Assembly: GCA_022616555.1 (NCBI GenBank)
Contig: JAKEEG010000091.1
Span: forward strand, 1,016 to 65,015
DNA: 64,000 bases
From: Ignavibacteriota bacterium
Lineage (GTDB): Bacteria > Bacteroidota > Ignavibacteria > UBA10030
Reading direction: 5' to 3'
The position numbers were made by a program, and so were the translations under genes. Within the stretch, counting starts at the first letter, position 1. Every line of letters begins with the position of its first letter. The notes beneath the pieces are model-generated. The model had not been told where the DNA came from, did no database searches, and worked only from the letters and a program-made list of their open reading frames with translations. Shown in pieces: positions 33,501 to 41,369 of this stretch.

Positions 33501-34532
33501 AGACACGTTACCTGCCTCAACGCTCTGCACGATATCGTCTTCATAGCCTTTGTAGCGGACTTTAACCTGATTTTCGTACTCGAACTCACGGCTTGTGTTC
33601 CAGTCCGCGTCAATGGTTAATTTGTCGCCGATTTCGCCCTTCACGTTTACCTGCAACTCCTGCGCGAAGTCCGGCTCATTGCGCTCTTGCGCGAGCGGGT
33701 TGAGTTGAAACTGGTCGGATTTGGTGTTGCGCAGCCCGGCGTGAATATCGACAGAACCGTTGATGTTCAACCGGATTCGGTTGGGACCAAAAATGCTGAA
33801 GAGCGGGTTCTTGGGGACTGGAATTTCTAACGTGGTGATTTTACCAAAGACATCGCTGAGCCCTTGCTTCTTTTCACCTTCAAACTCATAACTCTGCGCT
33901 AAAATTTCCCAGTTTTTTCGGACAGCCGAACGCAGCCTAAGCATGGTATACTCCTCAAAGGGTATCTCTTGGGGTATCTTCACATCTTCATTATTGACGG
34001 TCTGCCGAATGTAATACACCCATCGCAGCGAGTCCAGCATGTGTTGAACGCGGACGAGGCTTGGAGCATCCAGGTACATCGGTGAGGTTGCCGGAGTAAC
34101 AGGTTCTGCCAGCGGAATATCCTTGCGCACATGCTGAAACTGCGCGAGCCGTGCGGATGAATCGCGTGTAATCGCCCGAATAGAATCTAGCAGTGTTTTC
34201 GTGATCTGACGCGTTCCACTCGTGTTAACTCTGCCACTCTTGAGTTGCGCGGCGCGGGCACGCCGCGACGGCTGCCTCACTTGTCGCCTTCGTGGAAGCG
34301 TATCCTGTGCGGCAGAAAACTCGACAAACGAAAAATCCGCCGCAAGAAGCGAACCGGCAATAGGAACTACGCCGGCGCCTTGTACATGCGGAGAGCTACC
34401 CATAAAGAGCAGTGCCGCGACCGCAACCGTTCCGCATCCGCTTAGAATAGCGAACGGGCTGAGACGACGCTCGCCGGCTCTCCGCAAGGAGAACGATACC
34501 GTATGGATAAGTGAGCCGCTACCGGGGTTCAC
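27588..34532 (-). CDS. sprA: T9SS outer-membrane translocon SprA (Sov)
   Basis: 2314 aa; GEIGDKLTIDADW, YKGYEDDIVQSVEAGNVSL, IDDFEG, DLGQISED, PDTEDLN, NEQSL, WVNEMR; beta-barrel C-terminus. Exact start uncertain. Confidence 0.93.
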   Translation of the reverse strand: MNPGSGSLIHTVSFSLRRAGERRLSPFAILSGCGTVAVAALLFMGSSPHVQGAGVVPIAGSLLAADFSFVEFSAAQDTLPRRRQVRQPSRRARAAQLKSGRVNTSGTRQITKTLLDSIRAITRDSSARLAQFQHVRKDIPLAEPVTPATSPMYLDAPSLVRVQHMLDSLRWVYYIRQTVNNEDVKIPQEIPFEEYTMLRLRSAVRKNWEILAQSYEFEGEKKQGLSDVFGKITTLEIPVPKNPLFSIFGPNRIRLNINGSVDIHAGLRNTKSDQFQLNPLAQERNEPDFAQELQVNVKGEIGDKLTIDADWNTSREFEYENQVKVRYKGYEDDIVQSVEAGNVSLATKSSFISSNQALFGVKAAFQLGPLTLTTLASQKKGQIKEFEISGGTQAQPFERRATDYVKDQHFFLDSAYILLFDRIFGQIPSDPDLSQQIRDIEVWVSRTGIQDPTDREVVAFIDRELVEKYQTDLVARQGDFGDLEKKGEVEVGLFYKLNYPEDYRYDESAGFITLNRSIQHEQAIAVAYTLPGPGLQGTIDIGNFGAKDTSKTLKLVMKLVRPRKLDPSFKRAWPLMLKNIYPLGGRGIKKEGFELNVYYEPSGRPAEETIDEFNLLEVLGLDRFGEEPGSPSDGKFDYSTYTINETRGELIFPTLEPFREGIRRFYLDEGKTIAQADSFTFGDIYDTTYTAALYNTRRNRFLIKGQTTASIASTYNLGFGNLVEGSVKVLVDGVEATPGADYTVDYITGQLVIRNQSLLVPGRNVRISYEANDLFQLASKSLLGARGDLALSKSTGLGFTVMNLNQQTLNDKVRIGEEPISNTILGFDGGTNVNLDFLTRAMNALPGIQTNAPSSFSLKGEAAYMLPDPNTRKSTIPQDGGSGIAFIDDFEGTRKTVYLGTEYSRWFDASPPFYMSQLDTYVPDPDDPTVPTNDPFVLAQLLPDTSKMEYKARLTWFNLIPGDVEITELRPEKSVRSGGEQVRVLDLYYEPRQRGAYNYSLDLDTKFRANPTQAWGGMMRLLGTTGTNLIDENINYIEFWVKIGQAQPTVKLHIDLGQISEDVIPNRELNTEDGLGDPLRRNGILNPGEDIGLDTLTNAQEQAKYAAFIQRYREYASDPSGDDWVQPFTNSIDPTPRDYIGINGTEGNSKSQAGQFPDTEDLNNNGILDRTNSYFEYVIPMDTTNPNFRKYIAGGGANQWHQIRIPLNEFTTKIGEPTLTVVEAVRVWIEGAQDSVFLRLAEFNLVGSNWEERIKNDPTFRVTERSVEDNPGFYEPPPGVVRARDRSRPDEQILLNEQSLALVINGLGDGDTREVIKRFARPMDVFNYSTLKMFIHGENRPGQTFAYVNLDNYDAEIYLRFGADTLNYYEYRAPVHPGWVGNDITIRFEELTAIKLGRDSAAIVNISPPVPVPNGSPGAVYRVRGSPTLTTIRFITIGVENPAGKGAAFLNGELWVNEMRVTDVDDSPGWAYRFDTSIKFADVASVSFALTERDPFFHGLEDRFGSRNTDRNWNLAANVGFEKFLPASWRGSKLAFSYSHTEVMQRPKYLPGTDIVVDEAVDLVQQQNGSNGAANQEANDIRLRSQTLVVTENYALPNVKIVLPSESWWVTKTINSLTFGFTYNTSTRRNPQTLYYRQWGWNSRLAYAADYGDNYVEPFSVLGDFFLLSPWKKVRLYYAPKSIGTSAVLNRSQAYEHTRLQALPKPTVRNLNATRSFNFNWPIADGGLLNLATDYDLSITSSLLHFELDSLGRQRPFTSILGDIFGGTRLIDFGVTQGYAQTINITPRPTVPPIWELDKIITLNSRYSSRYNWQNNIQAGELGRSGQWNSSLSTNFDINIKQLGSKIWPDVKPAPSPNDTSAGKGATLGSRLEQLSRLFIKIPFFDFDKFSISFSQNNRSQNSGLIGRTGFNNLFARVPFFQESLPEYGPSLLYQLGLSSDPHGKVLLNSSGRFPFFTATTIPGLRAPNGSMNDIFSQGNRVSMKTSRQLWQGARLELNWSLNWDYNVNKTIRTDAEGRPEVLSRVVGGSIDRSFFTMPPTLFFKFFKTSIEDMNKLYENLKRNSTDTRTEDAKLSQAFEEGLEALPIGKSIFGELLPRPNWSLRWDGLEKLPLFSSLAQRVSFTHSYTSTYRRRWKLSVTTGNEITESQQVVYGFSPLLGFDISFGEVLKGNLSSNVRYGTSTSLDLSPSSLNIVEANTSDIAISATYGRKGFEFPFFGLSLSNDLDITFSYTYSRNTRRVYNFKEDFKKDGTPLEGSSRTTMETRIRYVLSARVTASLFYKYTALKPDEGGSRIPGSTVNDLGLDIRLSIQP

Positions 34533-34691
34533 GCAATAGCTTTAAACTATGGATGGTTAATGAAAGACCGCGCTGGCTGCCCAAGACATCTACAGCTCAA
34601 CTCTAGACACGATGGTAGCGAAGAGGTTAATTCTACTCCGTATTGATATTCGAGGGACCGACGATGCAAATCGGCTTTTCTTTGCTGTTTA

Positions 34692-34758
34692 ATCATCCCA
34701 GTACAGGTGGGATGATGTACTATTAAAAAACTTAATGAAAAGTAGACTGAATTGCAAG
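34692..34758 (-). promoter_or_regulatory. Putative sprA promoter and 5' leader hairpin
   Basis: Minus strand TTGCAA-N17-TAAGTT, followed by a perfect 9-bp stem ATCATCCCA / TGGGATGAT (34692-34716). Confidence 0.45.
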
Positions 34759-34763
34759 CTCTG

Positions 34764-35432
34764 TTACGGACTCAATCTCTCGATGCGCCACCCGTGAGCG
34801 CCACGGGAATAACGGAATCTATCGTGCAATCGATTTTCGCGCCCCTGCCAAAATTCAAATAAGCCGGGGAGTACTCGGAAACCGCCCCAAAAAGAAGGCA
34901 GAGGCACTATTTCTCCTTTGTAACGCATAGCAAGTTCATCGAATTTTTTTTCAAGCTCCTCGCGACTGCGAACGACACGGCTTTGTTGTGAAATCGTTGC
35001 AGCAATGCGGCTTGCAAACGGACGTTCATCGAAATATGCCTTAGACTCCTCTTTCGATACGCGCTCGATTGTGCCTTCAATTCTCACCTGCCGCTCCAAC
35101 GCATCCCAATAAAACAAAAGCGAAGCGTTGGGATTCTCCGATAATTCTTCTCCCTTCCTGCTTTCATAGTTAGTGAAAAATACAAAGCCGCGATCGTCAA
35201 CCTTTTTCAATAGCACCACACGGGCGGAAGGTTTGCCGTCCTTCGTGGCGGTCGCCAGCGTCATTGCTGTCGGCTCGAGAAACGGCGCGGCAATCGCTTC
35301 ATCCAGCCAATGCCGGAACTGCACAAAGGGGTCGGCATCCAACTCCGATTCATCCAACCCTTTATGCAGGTATTCGCGCCGTAGTTTTGCTAAAGCTTCG
35401 CTTCGCTGTGCTGAGTTATTTTTGATTTCCAT
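34764..35432 (-). CDS. pdxH: Pyridoxamine 5'-phosphate oxidase
   Basis: [50 protein letters not shown]. Start at ATG 35432 is supported by promoter position. Confidence 0.95.
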   Translation of the reverse strand: MEIKNNSAQRSEALAKLRREYLHKGLDESELDADPFVQFRHWLDEAIAAPFLEPTAMTLATATKDGKPSARVVLLKKVDDRGFVFFTNYESRKGEELSENPNASLLFYWDALERQVRIEGTIERVSKEESKAYFDERPFASRIAATISQQSRVVRSREELEKKFDELAMRYKGEIVPLPSFWGGFRVLPGLFEFWQGRENRLHDRFRYSRGAHGWRIERLSP

Positions 35433-35439
35433 GTTCGCC

Positions 35440-35556
35440 AATATAGCGAGTGTCCTCCGTAAAGGCAATAAACTCTCTACGAGTTGGCAATAAAATACGA
35501 CCGTTAGCAGGTTCTGACACACGCATCTTGTAATCCGCTCACAATGTCGCTATATT
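35440..35556. promoter_or_regulatory. Divergent sigma70-type promoters of pdxH and lptF
   Basis: Minus: TTGCCT(35468-63)-N17-TATATT(35445-40). Plus: TTGTAA(35528-33)-N17-TATATT(35551-56). Confidence 0.65.
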
Positions 35557-35562
35557 TAGACT

Positions 35563-36927
35563 ATGTGGATTCTTTGGCGGCATATTCTCCGATCACATCT
35601 CGTCCCCTTCGTGTTTGCGTTCACCGTGTTGATGGGGATTTTCCTCTTGCAGTTCATCGTGAAATCCCTAGACCAGCTCGCGGGCAAGGGACTTTCCGCG
35701 TGGGTGATCATCGAGCTCACAACGCTTAACCTTGCTTGGATGGTGGTTCTCGCCGCTCCGATGGCTGTGCTCGTTGCTGCAATCATGGCTTTCGGAACGC
35801 TTTCCTCCACGCACGAAATCACTGCGATGCGCTCCAATGGCGTCAGCCTTTACCGGATGATGGCGCCGGTCGTGCTGGCATCGCTTGCGCTTTCGTATGC
35901 TGTGCTCTGGTTCAACAACGAGGTCCTGCCGGATTCGAATCACCGCGTACGCGCGCTCATCAACGACATCAACCGCAAAAAACCCACGCTCTCGCTCGTG
36001 CCCGGATTATTTTCGCAAGCACTACAGGGCTACAGCATCCTCGTGCGCAAGACGTTTGAGTACTCCAACGACCTTGAGGGCGTCACAATTTTCGATTACA
36101 CCAAGAACGACTTGCATGCCACAGTTACCGCAAAACGGGGAACGATTTCGTTTTCATCCGATTACCGTAAGGTGATCATGGATTTATACGACGGTGAGAT
36201 TCACGAAATCAGCACGACAAATTTTTCCGAGTACCGAAAAATTCGTTTCGAAAAACACCGCATAGCAATGAACGCGGAAGGTTTTGATTTCCAGCGTTCG
36301 CAGGAAAACGCTTTTTCCCGCGGCGACCGCGAGCTGAGCGCAAGCGCCATGCGTCATCTCGTTGACAGTCTCCAACAGCTCCGCACATCTGCAGAAACAC
36401 GCATCGCTCAGTTTACCGCATCGAAAAATGATACAACAAAAAAAATAGATTCGACTGTCAACCTCGGCATACAAAATCCGAACCTCCTCGCCCTCACGCA
36501 AGCTTCAACATTGCAATCGAAGATCGAGCAAGAGAAAGCATTTATCGATAGACTCGAACGGCAGTCACGCGAGTATCTGGTGGAAATCCATAAAAAGTAC
36601 GCCATTCCGGTGGCGTGCTTCGTCTTCGTTCTGATCGGTGTGCCGCTCGGCATTATGGCGCGCAAAGGAACGTTCGGCATGGCGGCAAGTTTAAGCCTGG
36701 GATTTTTCCTGCTCTACTGGGCATGCCTGATCGGCGGAGAAAAGCTTGCGGACCGCGGCGCCATCGACCCGTGGTTAGGGATGTGGATCGCCAATATCAT
36801 CATCGGAGCGTTGGGGGTGTATCTCACGATCCGCTCTGCGCGGGAGAATCTTACAATTAACTGGTCGATATTTACGCGCTTTATTCCTAAACAATGGCGC
36901 ATGGAAGAGGAGCCCGCCCAGACATAA
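35563..36927 (+). CDS. lptF: LPS export ABC transporter permease LptF
   Basis: LptF/G architecture: 3 TM, periplasmic domain, 3 TM; EITAMRSNGVS; EIHKKYAIP. Confidence 0.88.
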   Translation: MWILWRHILRSHLVPFVFAFTVLMGIFLLQFIVKSLDQLAGKGLSAWVIIELTTLNLAWMVVLAAPMAVLVAAIMAFGTLSSTHEITAMRSNGVSLYRMMAPVVLASLALSYAVLWFNNEVLPDSNHRVRALINDINRKKPTLSLVPGLFSQALQGYSILVRKTFEYSNDLEGVTIFDYTKNDLHATVTAKRGTISFSSDYRKVIMDLYDGEIHEISTTNFSEYRKIRFEKHRIAMNAEGFDFQRSQENAFSRGDRELSASAMRHLVDSLQQLRTSAETRIAQFTASKNDTTKKIDSTVNLGIQNPNLLALTQASTLQSKIEQEKAFIDRLERQSREYLVEIHKKYAIPVACFVFVLIGVPLGIMARKGTFGMAASLSLGFFLLYWACLIGGEKLADRGAIDPWLGMWIANIIIGALGVYLTIRSARENLTINWSIFTRFIPKQWRMEEEPAQT

Positions 36928-38033
36928 TGTTGCTTATTGACCGCTATATCATTCGCCAATTTATTGCCGCATTCCTGTTCGGATTGCTCGCCTTCACGTT
37001 GATTTTTATTCTGATCGACATGATGGAAAAGATTGACGATTTCTTCGACGCAAACACTCCGACCGCGGTCATCGCCGAATACTATCTCTACTTCTCGCCA
37101 GAGATCATTAAACTGATGACGCCTGTTGCCATGCTGCTCGCCGCGCTGTTTGTGATGGGCCGACTGACAAACCTGAACGAACTTCCCGCCATGAAAGCGA
37201 GCGGCGTGAGCTTGTACCGTATCCTTTTGCCCTTCATCATTGTCGCCTTCCTTGTAAGCGCTGTGTCCGTATATTTCAATGGCTGGGTTGTGCCTGGCGC
37301 GAACCAGAGGAAATTTGCCATCGAGCGTCAGCATTTGCAGCGGGTTGATTCTTATAACCGGTTCAATATTTTCTTCCAAGACGGACGCACGCGCGTTATC
37401 TCGCTCGGCTTTTATGAGCCGCAATCGCAATCCGCCACACGCGTGAGCATTATAGACTTTGCCGATACGAATCTGACAGTGCTCTCACACCGGTACGATG
37501 CCGACCGGATGACGTGGACGACGCTCACCGACAGCATCACCGGTACAACATCCGAGGGTTGGGTGCTCGACTACGGTACTAAGCGGCTCATCACAGGAGA
37601 CCGCGATTCAATCACCTACTTTAGCCAGTTCCCCATTGGCAAGCTTAGCGTAACGCCGGATGAGATAGCCAAGAAGCAACGCAAACCTGACGAGATGGAC
37701 TACCCGGAACTCAGCGAGTTTATCGAGAGCCAGCAGCGTGCAGGACAAGACGTGGCGCGTTGGGAGGTCGAGTATAACGCCAAGGTCGCATTCCCGTTTG
37801 CCAGCGTTGTCGTGACGCTGTTCGGTGTAACATTCGGTTCCGTGCGTAGGCGAAGCGGCGTAGCGGTGGAGTTCGGTATCTGCGTCGCTATGACCTTCCT
37901 CTACATGGGCTTTATGAAAACAAGCCAAGTCTTCGGCTACAACGGCGACTTTCATCCGTTGCTCACCGCGTGGCTCGCAAACCTCATCTTCCTCGGCATG
38001 GGCATGGTGAATTTGTTGAGAGTGCAGAAGTAA
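36927..38033 (+). CDS. lptG: LPS export ABC transporter permease LptG
   Basis: IDRYII, ELPAMKASGVS, KVAFPF, PLLTAWLAN; TAATG overlap with lptF. Confidence 0.88.
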   Translation: MLLIDRYIIRQFIAAFLFGLLAFTLIFILIDMMEKIDDFFDANTPTAVIAEYYLYFSPEIIKLMTPVAMLLAALFVMGRLTNLNELPAMKASGVSLYRILLPFIIVAFLVSAVSVYFNGWVVPGANQRKFAIERQHLQRVDSYNRFNIFFQDGRTRVISLGFYEPQSQSATRVSIIDFADTNLTVLSHRYDADRMTWTTLTDSITGTTSEGWVLDYGTKRLITGDRDSITYFSQFPIGKLSVTPDEIAKKQRKPDEMDYPELSEFIESQQRAGQDVARWEVEYNAKVAFPFASVVVTLFGVTFGSVRRRSGVAVEFGICVAMTFLYMGFMKTSQVFGYNGDFHPLLTAWLANLIFLGMGMVNLLRVQK

Positions 38034-38034
38034 G

Positions 38035-38838
38035 TTAGGCGGGAGAAAGACGTTGCATAATATCTGTTGCAAACTCAATGTTTAGCTGACCGAGTGAAAA
38101 AGTAATCGGGTTATCCTTCTTTCGTAGTCGCGGTTCAGGCATTTGATCATATGTCCGTCCGTCAAGCACTCTCCCCGTCGCCTTTTTATTTAAACCGCCC
38201 CACTGCTTAAAGAAGAATTTTACTTTATGCCCTTTGCATAGCCCTCTGATTTGACGAACCCACTCTGGTTTTATCGGACGTGCATGAGGTCCCGATTCTC
38301 CACCAACAATGACCCAGTCAATTCCTTCAAGCGGCAAGTACGGTATTGGGGCTATCAACGGCTCGACAGATAAGAACCTCACAGCAGCAGGAACTTTAGC
38401 TAGTTGCTGAACGCGAAAAACATACTCAGGCGATTCTACACTTACCCCCATCCACACATTTTCAGGCCAAGGTAACCTCGATGAAATCTCAAGCAAACGA
38501 TCAGACCGCTTTGTAAGGATTTGAAACGTGTGCCAGTGAGCTTTCTGCATAGTAGCAAATACCTGAGCGATAAAAAACTCAGGCACCTCTTTGTGGAACA
38601 GGTCGCTCATGGAGTTAACAAAAATGACCTTCGGTTCTTTCCAACGAAGTGGCAAGCTGACAAGGTCGTGGTGGAGCGTTACTTCAAAGCCGTTACGATA
38701 GCGATACGAGCCCATCGCTTTCAAACGCTCCGCCATACGCTCCGCGTAGCAATGCTTGCAACCCGGACTAACTTTATCACACCCTGTTACCGGGTTCCAC
38801 GTCGCTTCAGTCCACTCGATTGATGATTGTTGCGCCAT
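38035..38838 (-). CDS. DUF5131 (phage Gp37/Gp68 family) three-Cys protein
   Basis: [69 protein letters not shown]. Confidence 0.92.
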   Translation of the reverse strand: MAQQSSIEWTEATWNPVTGCDKVSPGCKHCYAERMAERLKAMGSYRYRNGFEVTLHHDLVSLPLRWKEPKVIFVNSMSDLFHKEVPEFFIAQVFATMQKAHWHTFQILTKRSDRLLEISSRLPWPENVWMGVSVESPEYVFRVQQLAKVPAAVRFLSVEPLIAPIPYLPLEGIDWVIVGGESGPHARPIKPEWVRQIRGLCKGHKVKFFFKQWGGLNKKATGRVLDGRTYDQMPEPRLRKKDNPITFSLGQLNIEFATDIMQRLSPA

Positions 38839-39676
38839 ATTGATTCTTATATTTTTTCACAATATCGTTTCCAATATTCACTGCAGTTCTATTATTGGAA
38901 GCAAGATATAAATGGTACATTGGTGACCGCCTCGAATTTTTCAGTTCGTACGGATTCGACACAAACTTAAATACTTCTTTAAGTCGGCTTTGATAAAGTT
39001 TTGCAGCTTTACCAATAGCATTAACTTCCTTTTCGCTTCTGGTAATATCATTAAACAGAGAGGGTATTTCAACGTAAAAATATTTCTTTACTTCCATTCT
39101 TGATAATCCTAAAAACTTTTCAAGCCGCTCTAACCAAGAGTCAGATATGTCACCATCGGTTTCTAATAGACGATTTACCCCTAACCCAGTAGGAACTAAA
39201 ACCCACAGATCCACTGGCAATTCTCTTAGCGATTCAATCGCGTTCCATTCTAACTGCATGCCACAAGGGTCGATATAAGCTAAAGTCCTATAGTGCGCGT
39301 TCTCCTTTTTTGACAGGAATTTTGATAAATCAAGTATTTTTTTATTACAATCTCCAGACACTGTATAAATTTCTTTTTCGGGAAAAGCGTCTTTAGTATT
39401 TTCTTTAAGAAGTTTAAAAGTCTTTGGATCTTTTTCAACGAAGTAATAGACATCAAAAGGTTTAGGATGACTAATTTCGAGTATTCTTCTGGCGGCTCCA
39501 ATGGTTACGTCAATTCCAAATTTGCTATCCTTAACAATAAAACCCGAACCTGCGAATCCGTCAAAGTACAATGTCTTAAAATACTTCCGTGTATTCATTA
39601 TCGTTAAGTAAGCATTCGCGTACTCAACAAGTATTTTAATTTTTATTTTTGTCCAGTTTCCTCCGAATTGCTTCAT
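38807..39676 (-). CDS. tcmP: Three-Cys-motif partner protein TcmP (SAM methyltransferase-like)
   Basis: [33 protein letters not shown]; overlaps the DUF5131 gene; visibly AT-rich. Confidence 0.85.
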   Translation of the reverse strand: MKQFGGNWTKIKIKILVEYANAYLTIMNTRKYFKTLYFDGFAGSGFIVKDSKFGIDVTIGAARRILEISHPKPFDVYYFVEKDPKTFKLLKENTKDAFPEKEIYTVSGDCNKKILDLSKFLSKKENAHYRTLAYIDPCGMQLEWNAIESLRELPVDLWVLVPTGLGVNRLLETDGDISDSWLERLEKFLGLSRMEVKKYFYVEIPSLFNDITRSEKEVNAIGKAAKLYQSRLKEVFKFVSNPYELKNSRRSPMYHLYLASNNRTAVNIGNDIVKKYKNQYGATIINRVD

Positions 39677-39712
39677 TTCCTTCCTCGTAGGATTTTAAAG
39701 CGGATGATGGAT

Positions 39713-39741
39713 ACAATACGACATTTTTGTCATATTGTCAA
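39713..39741 (-). promoter_or_regulatory. Sigma70-type promoter of tcmP-DUF5131
   Basis: Minus strand TTGACA(39741-36)-N17-TATTGT(39718-13); SD GAGGAAGG before the ATG. Confidence 0.65.
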
Positions 39742-39998
39742 ATTAATAAATAGCATATTTGTCGAGAGCGAATAGAAAAGTGAACATAAAATATGAATTT
39801 GTTTACACATCGTCAAGTACACACCGTTACCCTTGCGCTTTTGAGCGCCTCAGAAAGACGTCTGGTCGTGGGCGATTTTGATGTGCGATATGTTTTTCTA
39901 TCTGGTTACTTCTATTGCTTGCCAATACCGTTCAACAGCAGCCCCGTAGGGGCAGGCGGGATGCTAGAAGCGCATTTCACTCAGCTTTCCTTATGATA

Positions 39999-40242
39999 TC
40001 CTAATCGAAGGCGTCGCACCGAGGCAAAGAAGAAGTTGACGACAAATAGATTCACTCGGCACGGCCAGCCAGGAGCATGCCCGCGGGACAGACCCGGGGA
40101 ATCCAGAGCCCGAAAACCGCGTTGAGCGGTTTTCGTGTCGTAGGCCCTTACAAAGGATTCCGTGAGGGACGCCTTGCGTTAGGAATAACCGGATGGTTTC
40201 TCGGGCATCGTGGCCACTCTGCCCAAGAACCGGAAATTCAAT
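39999..40242 (-). ncRNA. Candidate structured non-coding RNA of unknown class
   Basis: 5' hairpin plus a 16-bp closing helix around three internal helices. G-U pairs work only on the minus strand. Upstream promoter TTGACG-N18-TATATT. No credible ORF. Confidence 0.6.
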
Positions 40243-40248
40243 TTACCC

Positions 40249-40327
40249 AATATACAGTACCGAACCCCCGCTCGTCAATACAAGATTTGTAATTTGTTTG
40301 TACAATTTTGGTAAAAAGATTGTACAA
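40249..40327 (-). promoter_or_regulatory. Promoter and tandem operator-like sites upstream of the candidate RNA
   Basis: -35 TTGACG (40278-73), -10 TATATT (40254-49); palindromic TTGTACAA at 40298-40305 and 40320-40327, 22 bp apart. Confidence 0.5.
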
Positions 40328-40342
40328 ATTTTGTAAAACCGC

Positions 40343-40369
40343 GTAGGGGCGTATAATATACGCCCCTAC
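40343..40369. repeat. GTAG-family REP palindrome
   Basis: GTAGGGGCGTATA-A-TATACGCCCCTAC with perfect 13-bp arms; same GTAGGGG ends as the RAYT-associated copies. Confidence 0.8.
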
Positions 40370-40487
40370 AAAAACATTTTGTAATTTTTACAATAATGTA
40401 ATTTCAATGAATACCAATATATACCGGGAAATGGTATTTGTCAACTCGAATTTTAGAAAAACTTTACTCGAAATTTAGAATACGTTG

Positions 40488-41360
40488 TTACAACACCGTA
40501 TAACTCACGCCAAACGCCAGCGTTTCCTTCACCTGTGTGCGCGGGTTTACTTTTTTATCGTTAATCACCTGTGCGTTCACCTTCACAATGAAGTATTTGC
40601 TCACCTGCACCGCCAGAGTATTATCGCTCCTGAGCGAAAAATCGCGGTATCGCTTGAACGGCGAGAAGAGCTCGATCTTCGACGTAAACAACACTTGCTC
40701 TTCGATTTTCCATTCGACCTCGGTAATCGATTCCAAGCCGCCGTCGGTTTTAATGCGCTCGACAACCGTTGTCGCTGGGTCGTCCGCATAGCCGACGAAT
40801 TTTGAAGTGATAATCTCGCGCAGCGCAGCGCCAAGCCGCGTCTTGACTTGAGGAATGGGCTGGTAGCCGATGCCGATACTTTGCGTCAGGTACGCCGGGT
40901 CGAAGAATTTCGAAACGACCGTTTCATTTCCCGCGGCGTCGTACTGCACGCCTTTGGTGAACTGCGTTTTCATTGTCGCTCCGGCATAGGGGTTTACGTG
41001 CAATCCAAATTTATAGGTAAAGACCGATTGCAAGTCGATCTTGTCATCCGTCTTTCGAAGTCCCTGACCGCTTAAACGCGTCTGACCGAACGCAAGCTTG
41101 TAGGTGTGCGCCCAGTTCAATTTGGAAACATCCAATTCCGTTTTGCCGTCTGCGGAGACGGCGTAGGCGAGCGCGTTTTGTCCGCCCTGCGCCCAGTTGG
41201 TGTGGGAGACCTGCGTGAAGGTCAACGCTCCGACGAGGCTGTGCTTCCACGGACCCGGCGGCAATGGAAGCGGAGCGGCCGTGTCGGGCTTCGTTTCTTG
41301 AAATGCGTAGAGCGGAATGAAAAAAAATAGCGACAGTACAACAACTATAGACTTCTTCAT
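40488..41360 (-). CDS. DUF3078-like outer-membrane beta-barrel protein
   Basis: Signal peptide, TQVSHTNWAQGG, RKTDDKI, FFDPAYL, TQVKETLAFG. Confidence 0.78.
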   Translation of the reverse strand: MKKSIVVVLSLFFFIPLYAFQETKPDTAAPLPLPPGPWKHSLVGALTFTQVSHTNWAQGGQNALAYAVSADGKTELDVSKLNWAHTYKLAFGQTRLSGQGLRKTDDKIDLQSVFTYKFGLHVNPYAGATMKTQFTKGVQYDAAGNETVVSKFFDPAYLTQSIGIGYQPIPQVKTRLGAALREIITSKFVGYADDPATTVVERIKTDGGLESITEVEWKIEEQVLFTSKIELFSPFKRYRDFSLRSDNTLAVQVSKYFIVKVNAQVINDKKVNPRTQVKETLAFGVSYTVL

Positions 41361-41369
41361 AGTATCCCC

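Noticed and set aside
40066..40101. Plus-strand fragments resembling cobalamin (AGCCAGGA) or guanidine-I (GCGGGACA..CCCGGG) riboswitch 3' ends
   Set aside because: The 5' halves are absent, and the helices contain A-C mismatches on this strand.
39999..40184. Retron msr-msd or IS110 bridge RNA interpretation of the structured element
   Set aside because: The closing inverted repeat plus long hairpin is superficially similar, but no reverse transcriptase or recombinase is present in the window.
39793..40292. Small plus-strand ORFs 39793-39996 and 40077-40292
   Set aside because: No recognisable motifs or SD; the second overlaps the structured element.
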